64,000 nt of DNA from the human T2T-CHM13v2.0 reference genome, Homo sapiens. The notes beneath the pieces are model-generated. The model was not told where the DNA came from. It made no database searches and was given only the letters and a program-made list of their open reading frames with translations. Position numbers and translations under genes: made by a program. Below are positions 24,642 to 37,389 of this stretch, one piece after another; position 1 is the first letter of the stretch; each line of letters begins with the position of its first letter. The DNA is taken from NCBI RefSeq assembly GCF_009914755.1, contig NC_060927.1. One strand, 5' to 3'.

Positions 24642-27171
24642 CTAATGTTTTCTCATTAGGTGATTTTTGAATCAAATCACTGAAGATACCAGTTAAAATA
24701 CACATACATTATCTGGAGGCAACAGGTGTCTCCAGTCCCAATTGGGTATTCTGTGGCAACCTCTGCTTCCTCTAAATACATGGCTATCAAATGTAAGGCA
24801 AGCTCACATTTAGAAATGTCAGCTCCCCAAGTGCCCCAGCATGGGTGTTGGTTGGGTTGATTAGCTCTAGACACCAGGGTGGAGGCAGAACTGAATTCAA
24901 AGAGACAGACAAATAAAGGGAAAAGGAGTTGTGAGAAGTGACAATGTGAACCTATTTGGAGAGAGACCTGTGGGAAAGTGGAAGGTGGGAATGTCAGCTG
25001 TTCAATGGGGCGGGGACAGGCTTGAGAGCTGGGAGCAGCTTTTAAGAGAAATTTCTCCAGGAATAGGAAAAGAGTCCAATATTGAAAGAGTCTAGATAAA
25101 ATTAACAGTTTGTATTTGTTAAACATTTACTAGGTGCTAGATATTATTCTAGGTGTACTGGGCACTAGGATGAGACAAGCTCAAAAGTAGTTACATTTAA
25201 TGCACTGTGAACTGAAATTGAGGAACTGCACCTAGAACCTGCAATGAAAGAACAGAGTGTCCCTAGGACTGGTATCTGAAAGAAATTAACAGCTACATTG
25301 TGGGTAAGATACAGAAAGCTGAAAGTCCTGTCTATTGTCTAAATTATACTAAGCTTATTTAATTGAAGAGATTTTGAGCCAATATTTTAGCTTTCCGTAA
25401 ATTCCAGGACCTCCTACCACTTAGAAAACAGATTTTGCATGTAAAAGTGGCTATGTGTAATGCTATATGCCTACTGCAGAGAAGTGCTATCCAAAAGAAG
25501 TAAAAAGGAGAGACCATAGAGTCCAGCTTGTGAGCTCAACAGGAGAGACTGTTATGTCTCTCTTCTTTACTGCTCTAGTCTCTCAGTGCCCTGCAACAAA
25601 CATCTGTTGGCAACTGAGTAAATGAGTCAAGGAAGTGCTGATGGGAGAAAGTTAACAGCCCTGAGATTTTTTTTTTTCTTGTAGTGGTACTCAGGGTCTG
25701 TTCATTACAATAATCTATTTGGCCAGTAGTTATCTCAACCATCCTGATCCCCTGACCTAATTCCAAAGCCTGTGTTTTGAAAAGGAAGCAGAATCAGTTT
25801 AAATAATGGATTTCATGGCCGGTAGGATTAGATGAAGTGACAGAGGTGATCCTGGGCATTTCTTTGCATGTAAGAGTGTTGCTAGGCAGACTTGGTTCCA
25901 TAATTCAATCTGAGAGGCTTCATCTACTTAATACAACTATATTTAAGTTGGATTAATTGTTTGAACAGGATAACTCTGTGATGACTAGTTTTAATATAAA
26001 CACAGCTCATGAGGTTTTGGTAAAAGGTGATTCAAAAGGAAATCGATAAAATGTGTTTCAAGATTTGTGACCATATTATTTGCAAAATTTGGAGAAATGT
26101 TGAGGGCAGAGTTTATCTGTGAATTTTTCACCTACTTATTCAATACACATTTACTGAGCAATTTTTATAAGATCAGGCACATGCTAGGTCCTGCTTGTTA
26201 GGACATACTGGATATGTGACTAAACTCATTATAGTTTTCCATATAATTTGTTATGAGGTATCTTTTTAGAATCTCAAATTTCTGTCCATATTCTGTGGTT
26301 CACTCATCACTAGCAAAAGCTCACATTTTCATAAAAGTCTTTTCTTGAAAATTATAAGTATTTTCTTCTGCTTTAAATTACACTTTGGGGACAGTCAAGA
26401 AGAAGCAATGTCAGACTAATTGCACTAATAATAATAGGACCCAGGTGGCTAGCTTTGATCTTGGGAACCATCTGCAATCCAGACCACTTTGATGTTTCAC
26501 ACAATGGAAGCATAAATATTTTCTATGTATACCACGATTGGACTTTCAGAAATCTAATTAAGATGAAGGTCAATTAAGAGAAAATGAAACCTTAACTCCA
26601 AAAGTCAGGGAAGAGATGGAAGATGATGGCATGGTTGTGTGTACATAAAAGAAGCTAACCTAATTATAAACTTACACAAACAGCCAGAGAAGTTGCCTTT
26701 CATGTGACAAAAAGGTCCTAAAGCATTCTATAACATTGCGATCATTAATGTGTCTTTGAAACACACCCAACACTAGAAAATAATAGTAATAACTGGCATT
26801 TCAAAACTCTATTACTAAGAAATTTGAAGATAGCTAGGGATAGAAGCACTTCAGAACTCATGAAATGCAACCCCTTGCTTCTTGGAAATGAGTGCCATAA
26901 ACTATAGCAGAGTCATTTGTTTCTATTAGATTCCTCTAGGTTTGATGTGAAAGAGATTTTGCTGCTTGTTTCAGAGGTCTGCAAGGCTGGAGAAGGTCAC
27001 AGGTAATGGTGCATCCCAGCATAGGCTGCGTAAACTTTAGCGAGTTTCCTCAGCTCTCCAAGCCTCAGTTTCCATATTTCTAAAGTAAGACTAATGATGC
27101 TTATCTCATAGGTTTAAAATGGCTGTGGGGATTAAACAACAAATATAAATCTCTCTCTCTCTCTCTCTCTC

Positions 27172-27465
27172 TTTTTTATTTTGAGACAGAGTTTCACTCT
27201 TGTTGCCCATGCTGAAGTGCAGTGGCGCGATCTCGGCTCACTGCAACCTCCACCTTCTGGGTTCAAGTGATTCTTCTGCCTCAGCCTCCTGAGTAACTGG
27301 GACTACAGGCACCCGCCACCACACCCAGCTAATTTTTGTATTTTTAGTAGAGACAGGGTATCATCATGTTGGCCAGGCTTGTCTCGAACTCCTGACCTCA
27401 GGTGATCCGCCTGTCTCAGCCTCCCCAAGTGCTGGGATTACAGGGGTGAGCCACCATACCTGGCC
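27172..27465 (-). mobile_element. Alu (AluSq/Sp-like) within a MIR, with adjacent (CT)n
   Basis: gtttcactcttgttgccc diagnostic; TSD aatataaatctct at 27142-27154 and 27466-27478. Confidence 0.95.
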
Positions 27466-27529
27466 AATATAAATCTCTTAACTCAATGCTGCACATAGTA
27501 GGTATGTGGAATTGCAAAGTCCTTATCTT

Positions 27530-27740
27530 CCTCCTGAGAGTGTGGGCTTTAGAATCAAATGGACCTGAGTCTGAATCCCTTTTCTTACATTTACTTTCTG
27601 TGTCACTTTGAATGAGCAGTTTTACCTCCTTGGGTTGTGGTTTTTCAAACTCTAAAATGATCTCAATTATATCTACCTTGCTGGGGTTGTTGAGTAGAAA
27701 AGAGAGAATTTATATAAAATCTCTGGCACATAGGAAGACA
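27530..27740 (+). mobile_element. MIR
   Basis: gggctttagaatcaaatggacctgagtctgaatccc...ctctggcacatagg matches the MIR consensus. Approximate boundaries. Confidence 0.75.
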
Positions 27741-28674
27741 TGAGATGACAGAAAGTACTCGTCATAGCCTAAAGGATACTTTCAAATATGGATTAAGATG
27801 TTTGTACATGTATGCCTGTGTGCCTATATGTGTGTATGTAGGATGTGTGTGCATTCAATGCATAGAAGAGAAGAACTGTCAAAGCTTCCCTTTGTCCCTG
27901 ACACTAGCCACAGCTGTGTGATGTGGGAACTTGAATTTGAATGATGCAGAGTCAGTGCTAACTGAACAGGGTAAACGAATTCTCTTTATTCCTTTGCTGG
28001 GTGACACACATCATATAGATCCTCCCCCCGCCCACCCTCTTTTGAACTACATCTAAGAATCCTTTCATCCGAGAAGTTCAAAGTATGCCCACTTACCTAT
28101 GCATCTTAGTGAAATCTTCCTTTCTAATGCCCATACTTTGGGACAAATAGGTAACTGAAATTAACTTATCAGACATTCCTGTTAGCCATCAGGGACACAT
28201 GGTGTCTGACCAGAGTGGCTCTAATTTGTTCCCAAGGCCAATTATTTAAATAGCAGAGGATAAAATATAATCTTGAGGCATTCCCTCCTGACAAACAATG
28301 CATTAAGATGGACATTCCAGTTAAACCAGATACAAATTGTTGTTTTTTCTAAAGTAGTATGACCTTGATTTCCACGAAGACCAGCATAGTGACCGCCAGC
28401 AATGTTAGTGCTGTCTGATCATGTTTTCTTAATTCTTTAGTCTGAGTAGAAAAGGGTACTGTTAAATGTATTATGGATTACATTTAGAGTTGATTTACCA
28501 AATTCAAAGACCAAGTCCTGCCCTTGGATGTGTTCAATGTATAAATGTGCATTCCTGGCCAGAGGAGCATCTGCTTGAAATACAATGTTCTTTTGCTAAT
28601 GGAATCTTTAGAGCTCACTGGAGGTAGAGGTGCACCCTGGGCACCTAGCACCTGCTGGCTCCTGCCGTACTCAC

Positions 28675-28809
28675 AGTTCACAGTGACCTTGACTTGTTTG
28701 ACATCCGCCGAGGAGACCTCGTTGGCAGCTTTGCACTCATATTTGCCTGACTGCTCCCTGGTGATGCCAAGGATCTCCAGATATTCTTCTTCTCCTTCAA
28801 ATTCCCTTC
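28675..28809 (-). CDS. LSAMP: LSAMP coding exon (135 nt, phase 1-1), second half of Ig domain 2: (G)[44 protein letters not shown](Y)
   Basis: Peptide lies within ORF 28484..28939 and matches the recalled LSAMP sequence, including the Ig F-strand motif GxYxC. Acceptor ctgtttttcag|GAAGG, donor GAACT|gtgagt. Confidence 0.98.
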
Positions 28810-30442
28810 CTGAAAAACAGAGGTTTTCATGATTCTTTTTTAAAGTCTGAAATAGGCAGTAGATCCTCTCATTATTCTTTTTAAAAGCCATAAATCCACA
28901 TTTCTTTTCAATGATTTGAAAATGTACTTTGTCTGACATCAGATTCCACAGAAGCAGACCTCAAGACAAAAATCTTATGAAAGTGATTGAGTAGAAAATA
29001 CTCTCAGGAAAAACCAGAAAGAAAATGGGAAAATGGAACTTGGAAGACAAAGAAGCCAAGCAAGGGTGCAATGCCAAGCTAAGTCCCACAGAGAGCAACT
29101 GTGGCTCAGTCTTTCAGGGAGGCCTGAGGACAGCTCATGTCCCACTTCAAAATTATTCTGATCATGAGGCTGGGAGCTGGGGTGTTCATAGGTGCATGCA
29201 CTCACTCGTCGCTGGTTAAGGGTTTCGAACAAAGTGGGAGCTGGCGGGAGGTACATGCAAATCATAAAGTGCTCTGAGGGGATATAGCACCAACATCATC
29301 TATTACACCATGCTGCAAAGCACTCTGTTTTTTGTTGTTGCAAAGCACTCTTTACACCAACATTGTTATTAGACAAAGTGGCTTCCTTTTGAGAAACCAC
29401 CACTCTTCTTCAGATTCTGTTAAATTCTGTTCACAAGGATTGTATGCTAAACTGTCTTGGCAGTTGTGATCTCTGTTCTATATCAAACTACATCATCCTA
29501 GAGGCTTTTAGGCCATGGGCCAGATCCATGAGAATGTGCTGCTGATGGTGTGTTTGTGATGGACTGTGTCATCTGGGGTTTGGGGTAGGGAGTTAAATAT
29601 TATTGGCTTAAAAGTTGGGATTAGGTATAGGGAGGTCCTGTTTGGAAAGATCTACATAGTTGAGTGTGTGCATTTTAGTAAAGAAATCTCAACTTAAGAA
29701 ACCTTGTTTAAATTCCCCTATGTGGAGAATAATTGATTAAACCATTTTCTTCCTGAAGAGATGGAGAGAGAAATAAGGAAGAAGTAGAGAGGGAGAAAAA
29801 TGAAAAGAGGAAAAGAAGGTGATTGAGGAAGGAGAAGGTGAAAGAGGAAAGAGAAGAGGAAATGAGATTGGGTAGCAGGAAGAGCCTAGCCAGAGCTTGG
29901 CCAGAAAGGCCCAAGGACTTCAACTCTAGCTAAACTGAACCCCCTCACCCCAAAATTTCAAAACTCCACTGTTACACGAGTTAGGATAGAGCAGCTGGGG
30001 AGGGTGTTAAAGAACACAGTCCTGCAATCACGATGCTCCTGGTCATTCTCTACTAAATGGTACCAGTCATTAGCTCTGCTCAAATGCTATAAGCTGTTTT
30101 CCTTTTTTTGGGAATTCCTCAATGACCAAATCAACGTAACAGACAGTTAGCAAGGAGACAAATTTACTCTAAATATGTCAGCTAAACCTGTTAACTAGGC
30201 TTCCGACAGAACATGGGGCTTCTTTGCTAGCATTCTATAACACAACTCTCTGGATATTCCAAGCTTCAAGTCTTCTCTCAATTGTCAATATCACTAGTTT
30301 TGAGGAAACTGTACAATCTTGATTAAAAAAACAGGCAAGAGTAATATAACATTATTTGGTTCTGAAGTTCTGCACATTATCTTTATCTAGCACATGCTTC
30401 TACTGAGAATGTTTTAGAATTAGTCTATAGCATATAGTTAAA

Positions 30443-30704
<262 letters not shown>

Positions 30705-31858
30705 AAATATTATTTTTAAGAGGTTAATTTTTTCCTGTCTACATTTTTCTCTTCTCCTTTGCCAACATTTAAAGCAAGTACTTAGATCTGATTTTACATG
30801 TTATAGAAGTAGAATGTAGTAGAGAAGAAAACAGTAATCTCAGAAAGGGTAACTGGCCACTTTTCTGGATTAATTGGGCAGGATTTAGGATTGAAGGGGT
30901 AAAAAGATCTTTCCTGCATATTGTTTCTATGCACTAAGTGTCATGCCAACTATTTGATGCTAAGACTCTTCTAGCTGAACATAAATACCCTGAAGGCTAA
31001 TGGCAACTTTGACAATTAGTTTTTTATTTAGCAGGCAGAAATAGGTATAAGCTCATTGAAAACCTAGAATGCAGAGGTAGAATAGAAAGTAAGATAGCAT
31101 TATTTATTTTGAGAATAATGGTAAATTTTAATGAGAAAATAGTTAATAATAATTTCAGAATGTTTTAGTATTTCTTCCCATACTGCATATCCCCCACCCA
31201 TAATCTTAATCTTGGTTGGGGACAGAGCTGTCAGTAGAAGAAGGAGAGAACAAGGATAATCTTAGAGATGGTTGGCAACACTGAATTCTTTCCAATTCCC
31301 ATGAAATACCTAGAAATGGTGGATTATGGGTCCCTACTTCGCTTTTTGAATTTATAAAACAAAAACAAAAACTAAACAGTTGCAGGAGAGAGAAAGATTA
31401 TTTTTAGCTGCGCCAACTAAAGCCCTACCAATTCTGGAAGATGGCACCTATGAAAGGAAATAGTAAGATGAATGACAGAAAATAAAACAATATTTATTGT
31501 GTTTGGGGCCTGGGATTCTTACATACCAATATAAGTATTAGTAATCTCATTTGTTCCTGATAAGCAGATAATAAAACATATCCTTATCAGATAAACTTTC
31601 AATCTCATGTCTCTAGAATTTCCCCTAAACTACCTGAGGATAAAAGGAGAGTTTTCCCTTAAGTGACCCACATGGGAGGCAGAGACATCATTTTTGCTTC
31701 TCCTGTGATAGCTCTCCTCCTCTCTGATGGCAGCCTCTGTCTCCAGCACACAATGTGCATAGCTATCTCAATAAAGTGGGAGCAGGCTCAAGGTGCAAAC
31801 CAACTATCGGCAGGGGAAACTACACCGTATTCCATCATCCAACCAATCTCATCCAACA

Positions 31859-32017
31859 ATTCTCCTGCTCCTTTCTTTCCTTTGCCCCGGTGTGTCCGTC
31901 CTCATGAGAGCAAATTTTCTCCAGTTCTTTCAGTTCTGACTGGCTGCTCTCAACCCAAGGGTCCTGCCAATATTTCCTTTTATTCTCTCAACCTTAAGAA
32001 GACTCTCAAGCCAGAAA
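31859..32017 (+). repeat. Copy 1 of a ~160-bp local direct duplication
   Basis: Aligns by eye to 33452-33615. Confidence 0.92.
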
Positions 32018-32370
32018 CTGAATTTAAAACATTCAGAGACACCCCTGGGCCCTCCCTGTTGTCATGCTTCCTTTCCCTATTCCCTGGATCCTCCAGTTGA
32101 AACTCTTGCATTCCCTGGCCCTTCCTGATTAGTCTGTTCTAGTCACACCCAGGAGACTTTTCCCACAATGCATTATCTCTACTGCTTCACTTGAGAATTT
32201 CTTACCAATTCACAGAAATTTAACAGGAAATGGGAGCTTTTCTGTTGTTGGAAAGCCAAAGCTCCAGATTGTAAGTGTTGCAGGGACCATGCCTTACTCA
32301 TAATATCCTCATGAACTAGCACAGAGTTTGGCTCAGATTAGTCACTCCATAAATGTTTGTTGAGTTAGCT

Positions 32371-33057
<687 letters not shown>

Positions 33058-33451
33058 AAGCTGAACTGAATTAAGAAATTCAAAGAGATACTAGAGTCAT
33101 TGTCAGCACTTCATGTAGTTTAAGAGAATAGAGCTAAGTATTGAAAAGTGGCTAAGTATTTCTGTCAGAGAAGTTGGCATAAAACTCCACTGCCTTTTAA
33201 TGACCCTAATAGAGTTCTCTTTTACTGGGGAAGAAAGGGTGTGCTGCATACTCTGCTGTTGAAGGACTGCACAGGGGCATCTCTGGCCATGTCCTGAGGA
33301 ATTATCTGCCATGTGGAGTTATCGTTTTGGAAACCAACAGAGCTCCCTGTGGACACAGGCACGATACAATCTTAGCAAGTGCCATTTCTTGTTTTAAGGC
33401 ATGGAATACACCAGCTGAATCTTGAGTCACAAAATTCTAAAATGCACTCAG

Positions 33452-33615
33452 ATTCTCCTGTTCCTTTCTTTCCCTTTGCCCCCACGAGCCTGTCCCCAAG
33501 AGGGCAACTTTTCTCCACTTCCTTCAGTTCTCTCTGACTGGCTGCTCTCAACCCCAGGGTCCTACCAATAATGTCTTTTATTCTCTCAACCTTAAAAAGA
33601 CTCTCAGGCCAGAAA
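33452..33615 (+). repeat. Copy 2 of a ~160-bp local direct duplication
   Basis: Aligns by eye to 31859-32017. Confidence 0.92.
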
Positions 33616-34325
33616 TGGACACAAAACCTATGGTTTAAGTTCTCTGGTAGACGAGTTCTATGGCCACAATTTGGGTCTTTCTCTTGTCCCTATCTATTAT
33701 TTTTTGCCCTTACAGAAATGTTTACTTGAAATGCAAATTTCAGTATTTTGGTATTTTAAACATCTCAACCAATTTCCACAAGCCTGCTCACATCGCTGAG
33801 TGTTATGTTTATTCTGGGATCTAGTGTTTAGTTTAAATCTCCCTTTGCTTAATGTGTTTTTGTGTCTCCTGGCAATATTCAGCTACCAGGCTAAATAACT
33901 TCTCATCCTCCTCAGTGTATGCACCTTTTAAACTCTTGCACATAATTAGCATATCCCTTCTTAGTCACTGTTTACTCAAGTTGTACATATTAGTTCTTTT
34001 AATATTTCTTCATAAGTCAGAAAGAAGGGCCTAGAGCTAATGGCAAGAGAAAAGTGTTCTCTCCTGTGTTCCCCAATGTGGAGGCAAATCAGCCAGGAAT
34101 AACTCCAATTAAAGCATGCCAGGTGCTGCCTTCTGAGTACAGTGCCTTCGGAGTTCCATGCTTTAGTGAGCCCTGTAGTTGCTATGCAAAATGTTGACTG
34201 ATTTAGATTTATAAGGTCAACCAGGCATTTGTAAAAAGGAGCCATTTGAAATTAAATATATTTCCATGGTGCTGCTTTCTCTCATTCCCTTTCTTTCTCT
34301 CCTCCCTCTCCCTCCTTCCGTCCTC

Positions 34326-34328
<3 letters not shown>

Positions 34329-34370
<42 letters not shown>
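34329..34370. repeat. Compound (TC)n(AC)n microsatellite
   Basis: Read directly. Confidence 0.97.
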
Positions 34371-36339
34371 CCCACAAAAAGCTAGTTATTTACATATAAG
34401 ATTTTACTGTTAAATGTGTGTGAGCAGCACACACATTTCCTCACCCTCAAATATTTGCTCACTAAGCAGAACAGGACTAGCCTCAAAAACTTCCCAGGAC
34501 ATGACAACCAGCCCCATATTTGGAATTAAAAATTTTTTTACAGACTATTGCTCTAATAATCATTATAGTACCTGTCTTTCCTTTTATTTGAGATACAAAG
34601 AATACAATTTAGGAAACTTGCTAAATTGGAGCACTTTGTGACTTTAAAAATATAGAATTCCAAGGAAAGTATGTTAGGAAATGAATGGATCATTTTTTTC
34701 ACTGTTCTGAGAAGACTTTTATAAGTATAGCATCTCGGTAGATCAATCTTTCACAGATAGGAAGATGTGCTTGAAATGGGGTTGCTATTCCTTTTACTCA
34801 CCTACGTTTGAATATTTACATGCAAGTGGCTGTAAACACACTAGCTATAAACACAAACATACATACAGTTTAATGAAAAGCAAAGAACTAGAATTTATCT
34901 TGCAAGGTGTATATGTGTGTATATTTGTGTTTGTGTGGGTCTGTGATTGGAAATGTGAGTGAAGTAAGTAAGCAAGAAAAGCAAGCTATGAACTTCTACC
35001 TAAGAAAATTAAAGGAAAAAAGATCACGAATCAGTGATGCCATTTGAAGTTTCCTGTGAGAACTTCAAATGCTGTACCATGTTTCTGTTCTTACAGTATG
35101 TTTCATGTTTTGCTTTTGTTTTCCCCTAAGGACATGCTCTCACCTATTCCTGTTTTTGCTTTCTTCCCTGCTTTCCTGCACATCACGTTCTACACAAAAA
35201 TGCTAAGGAAAGGAAGAGAGAAAGAAACACAAGAAATCTAGAAAAGATGCCTGCAGTAGGGTTCTGTTTGTATTTCCAGCCATGTGTCTCTCCAGATTAT
35301 TTGAGGTTTTTGCTTCTCCGCTTCACATTCCACCTGAGAGACCCCTTAGTGTTTGACAATGTTGCTGTCCAAAGGCTGAAACCACTTCTCATCCTCACTT
35401 TTCACCACTGGAAGGGAGGGGTGAAGAGTGGTAAAATGATCCCTGATTGAAAGAAGGCAGGGAAGGGGTAGATGCAGTCGTCAAAAGCAACAACCACAGG
35501 AGGATAAGGAGACACAGGGAAGAACAAGGTATTGAAGGGGATGAAGAAAACAAAAACAAAAACAAAAACGGAGAGATGTGATATAATGAGAACGATTTTA
35601 GGGAAGAGTTGGAGGAATGGAAATGAAAGGAGAGAGAGTTTTCTGAAGAAAGAGGCATATGACTGTTTAGACATTTGAGCTGCATGCAAGGGAAGGGGTG
35701 GGTTACTCTGCTATAGAAATGTTCCCTATTTGAATAATAAGACACAACAGGGGGTGGATTATGCAAATTGGCCCCATGCCTTCTGCAACCCCAAAGGATG
35801 TAGTTAGTACCCAGAAACCAGTGACAAGAACAATGCCAGGGAAGATTCACAACTGGCTTTGGCTCTATGAATGAGCATGGGCCAAATGAAAAAGAACATC
35901 CTGGGATTATTCTTCCTGGCATCCAGAGAGATCCAATTCATTATGATTTGCATTTTTGCTTTCACATATAAAAAATAAGCCAGCTGAAATAGTTTGAGCT
36001 GAGTTTCCAGCCTGAGGCTGCCATGCATGCATCCTTTTTTCAGTCCTGGGCCATGACATTCTTTTATTGTATTTATACTAAACCATTACCCCCTACTTGG
36101 TGTCAGTTTTTAGAAACTGCCCTGCCCTTCTAAATGTGATGCTTGAAGTCAGAATCCCCTATATTTAGTTCTCTGAAGGGGATTGTACTGAGAATAGCTA
36201 TGGTTACATTGTAAGGCTTTACCACTGTAAAAACCACATTTGGTTTTGATCATCACTGTATCCCTTCCCTAGTGTGTAGCACAATGTCGGAACCTATTAA
36301 AAGTTTAAGAAATATTGTAGAGTGAGTGTTGTATGAGCT

Positions 36340-36570
36340 ACCTCTTAATAAACACTTGCTAGGCACTGTGCTAAGTGACCCAGATATATTATCTTATTTA
36401 ATTCACGATAGTTTTAAGATTGCTTACAGATGTGTAACACATAGGAACACAGGTTTAGAGTGGTCAAGAAACTTGCCCAAGCTTATAATGTTAGTAAGGA
36501 AGACATGAGCTTTGACCCAGGTCTGTGGACGTTTGGGACTCATGTTCCGAACTAAGCATGCCTACTTTTA
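36340..36570 (-). mobile_element. MIR
   Basis: ctaggcactgtgctaag...tacagatg...aacttgcccaag...tttgacccaggtctg matches the antisense MIR. Confidence 0.75.
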
Positions 36571-37232
36571 TCATTAGAATGCTGAAGGATGCTACAGTTG
36601 GCTGGATTCTTAGCTCTCAGAATCTGCTTTATTTCTTTCTTTCAAGTATAGAGTGGGAGATTGAGAATAAGACATGTGAGAAATTTCCAAAGCAATGCAG
36701 CTCAATTACTGATAAAGAAGGTAAAAAGACAGGCTTCATCTTTTATGAGGTTTGTCCACTTCACTTAACTTCCTTATTGAAAAGATCAAATGAACCAATA
36801 AATGAGGGGAAAAAAGTTGATCTTTAAAAATTTAGCCTCTTAACCATTTATTTTTAGGAGTCCCTCCATTAGCAATAAAAACCTATTGGTACACAAAAAT
36901 GCCAGCAACCAGCAAAGGAGCTACAGAGACAGTGTAGAGTAGACTTAGTACTAGAGAAGATTTCTGGGAGAAATAAGTTTTCAGGAACTTAAGAAATGCA
37001 AGTGGAGAAAAAATTAGGGCTGGCAAATTGCAAAAGGGTGTGGCAATCTAGAAGTCTCCGAGCAGGAAAAATGAGGATGGTGATGTGTGAGGACATGCAC
37101 TGGGATGTGACGGGTGGTTTGAGGACTCTGGATTTGCTATGTGAGGTACCACTACATCTCCTTTAAGCCTGCCAGCACCCACAGGGTACTGAGTACAATG
37201 GCATTATTTTGTAATTTGTTTTCTTCCTTTTT

Positions 37233-37389
37233 TCCTCCCCTCCTCCCCTCCCTCCCTCCCTCTCTCCCTCTTTCCTCCCCTCCCTCTCTCCCTCTTTCCT
37301 CCCCTCCCTCCTTCCTTCTTTCTTTCCTTCCTTCCTTCCTTCCTTCCTTCCTTCCTTCCTTCCTTCCTTCCTTCCTTTCCTTCCTCCCT
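37233..37389. repeat. Polypyrimidine tract with (CCTT)13 and a duplicated 24-bp unit
   Basis: 13 uninterrupted CCTT units at 37326-37377; ccctccctctctccctctttcctc occurs twice upstream. Confidence 0.97.

Noticed and set aside
29314-29351. 13-bp direct repeat tgcaaagcactct with a T-rich spacer
   Set aside because: Only two short copies; could be a TSD around a tiny poly(A) insertion, but too small to support a claim.
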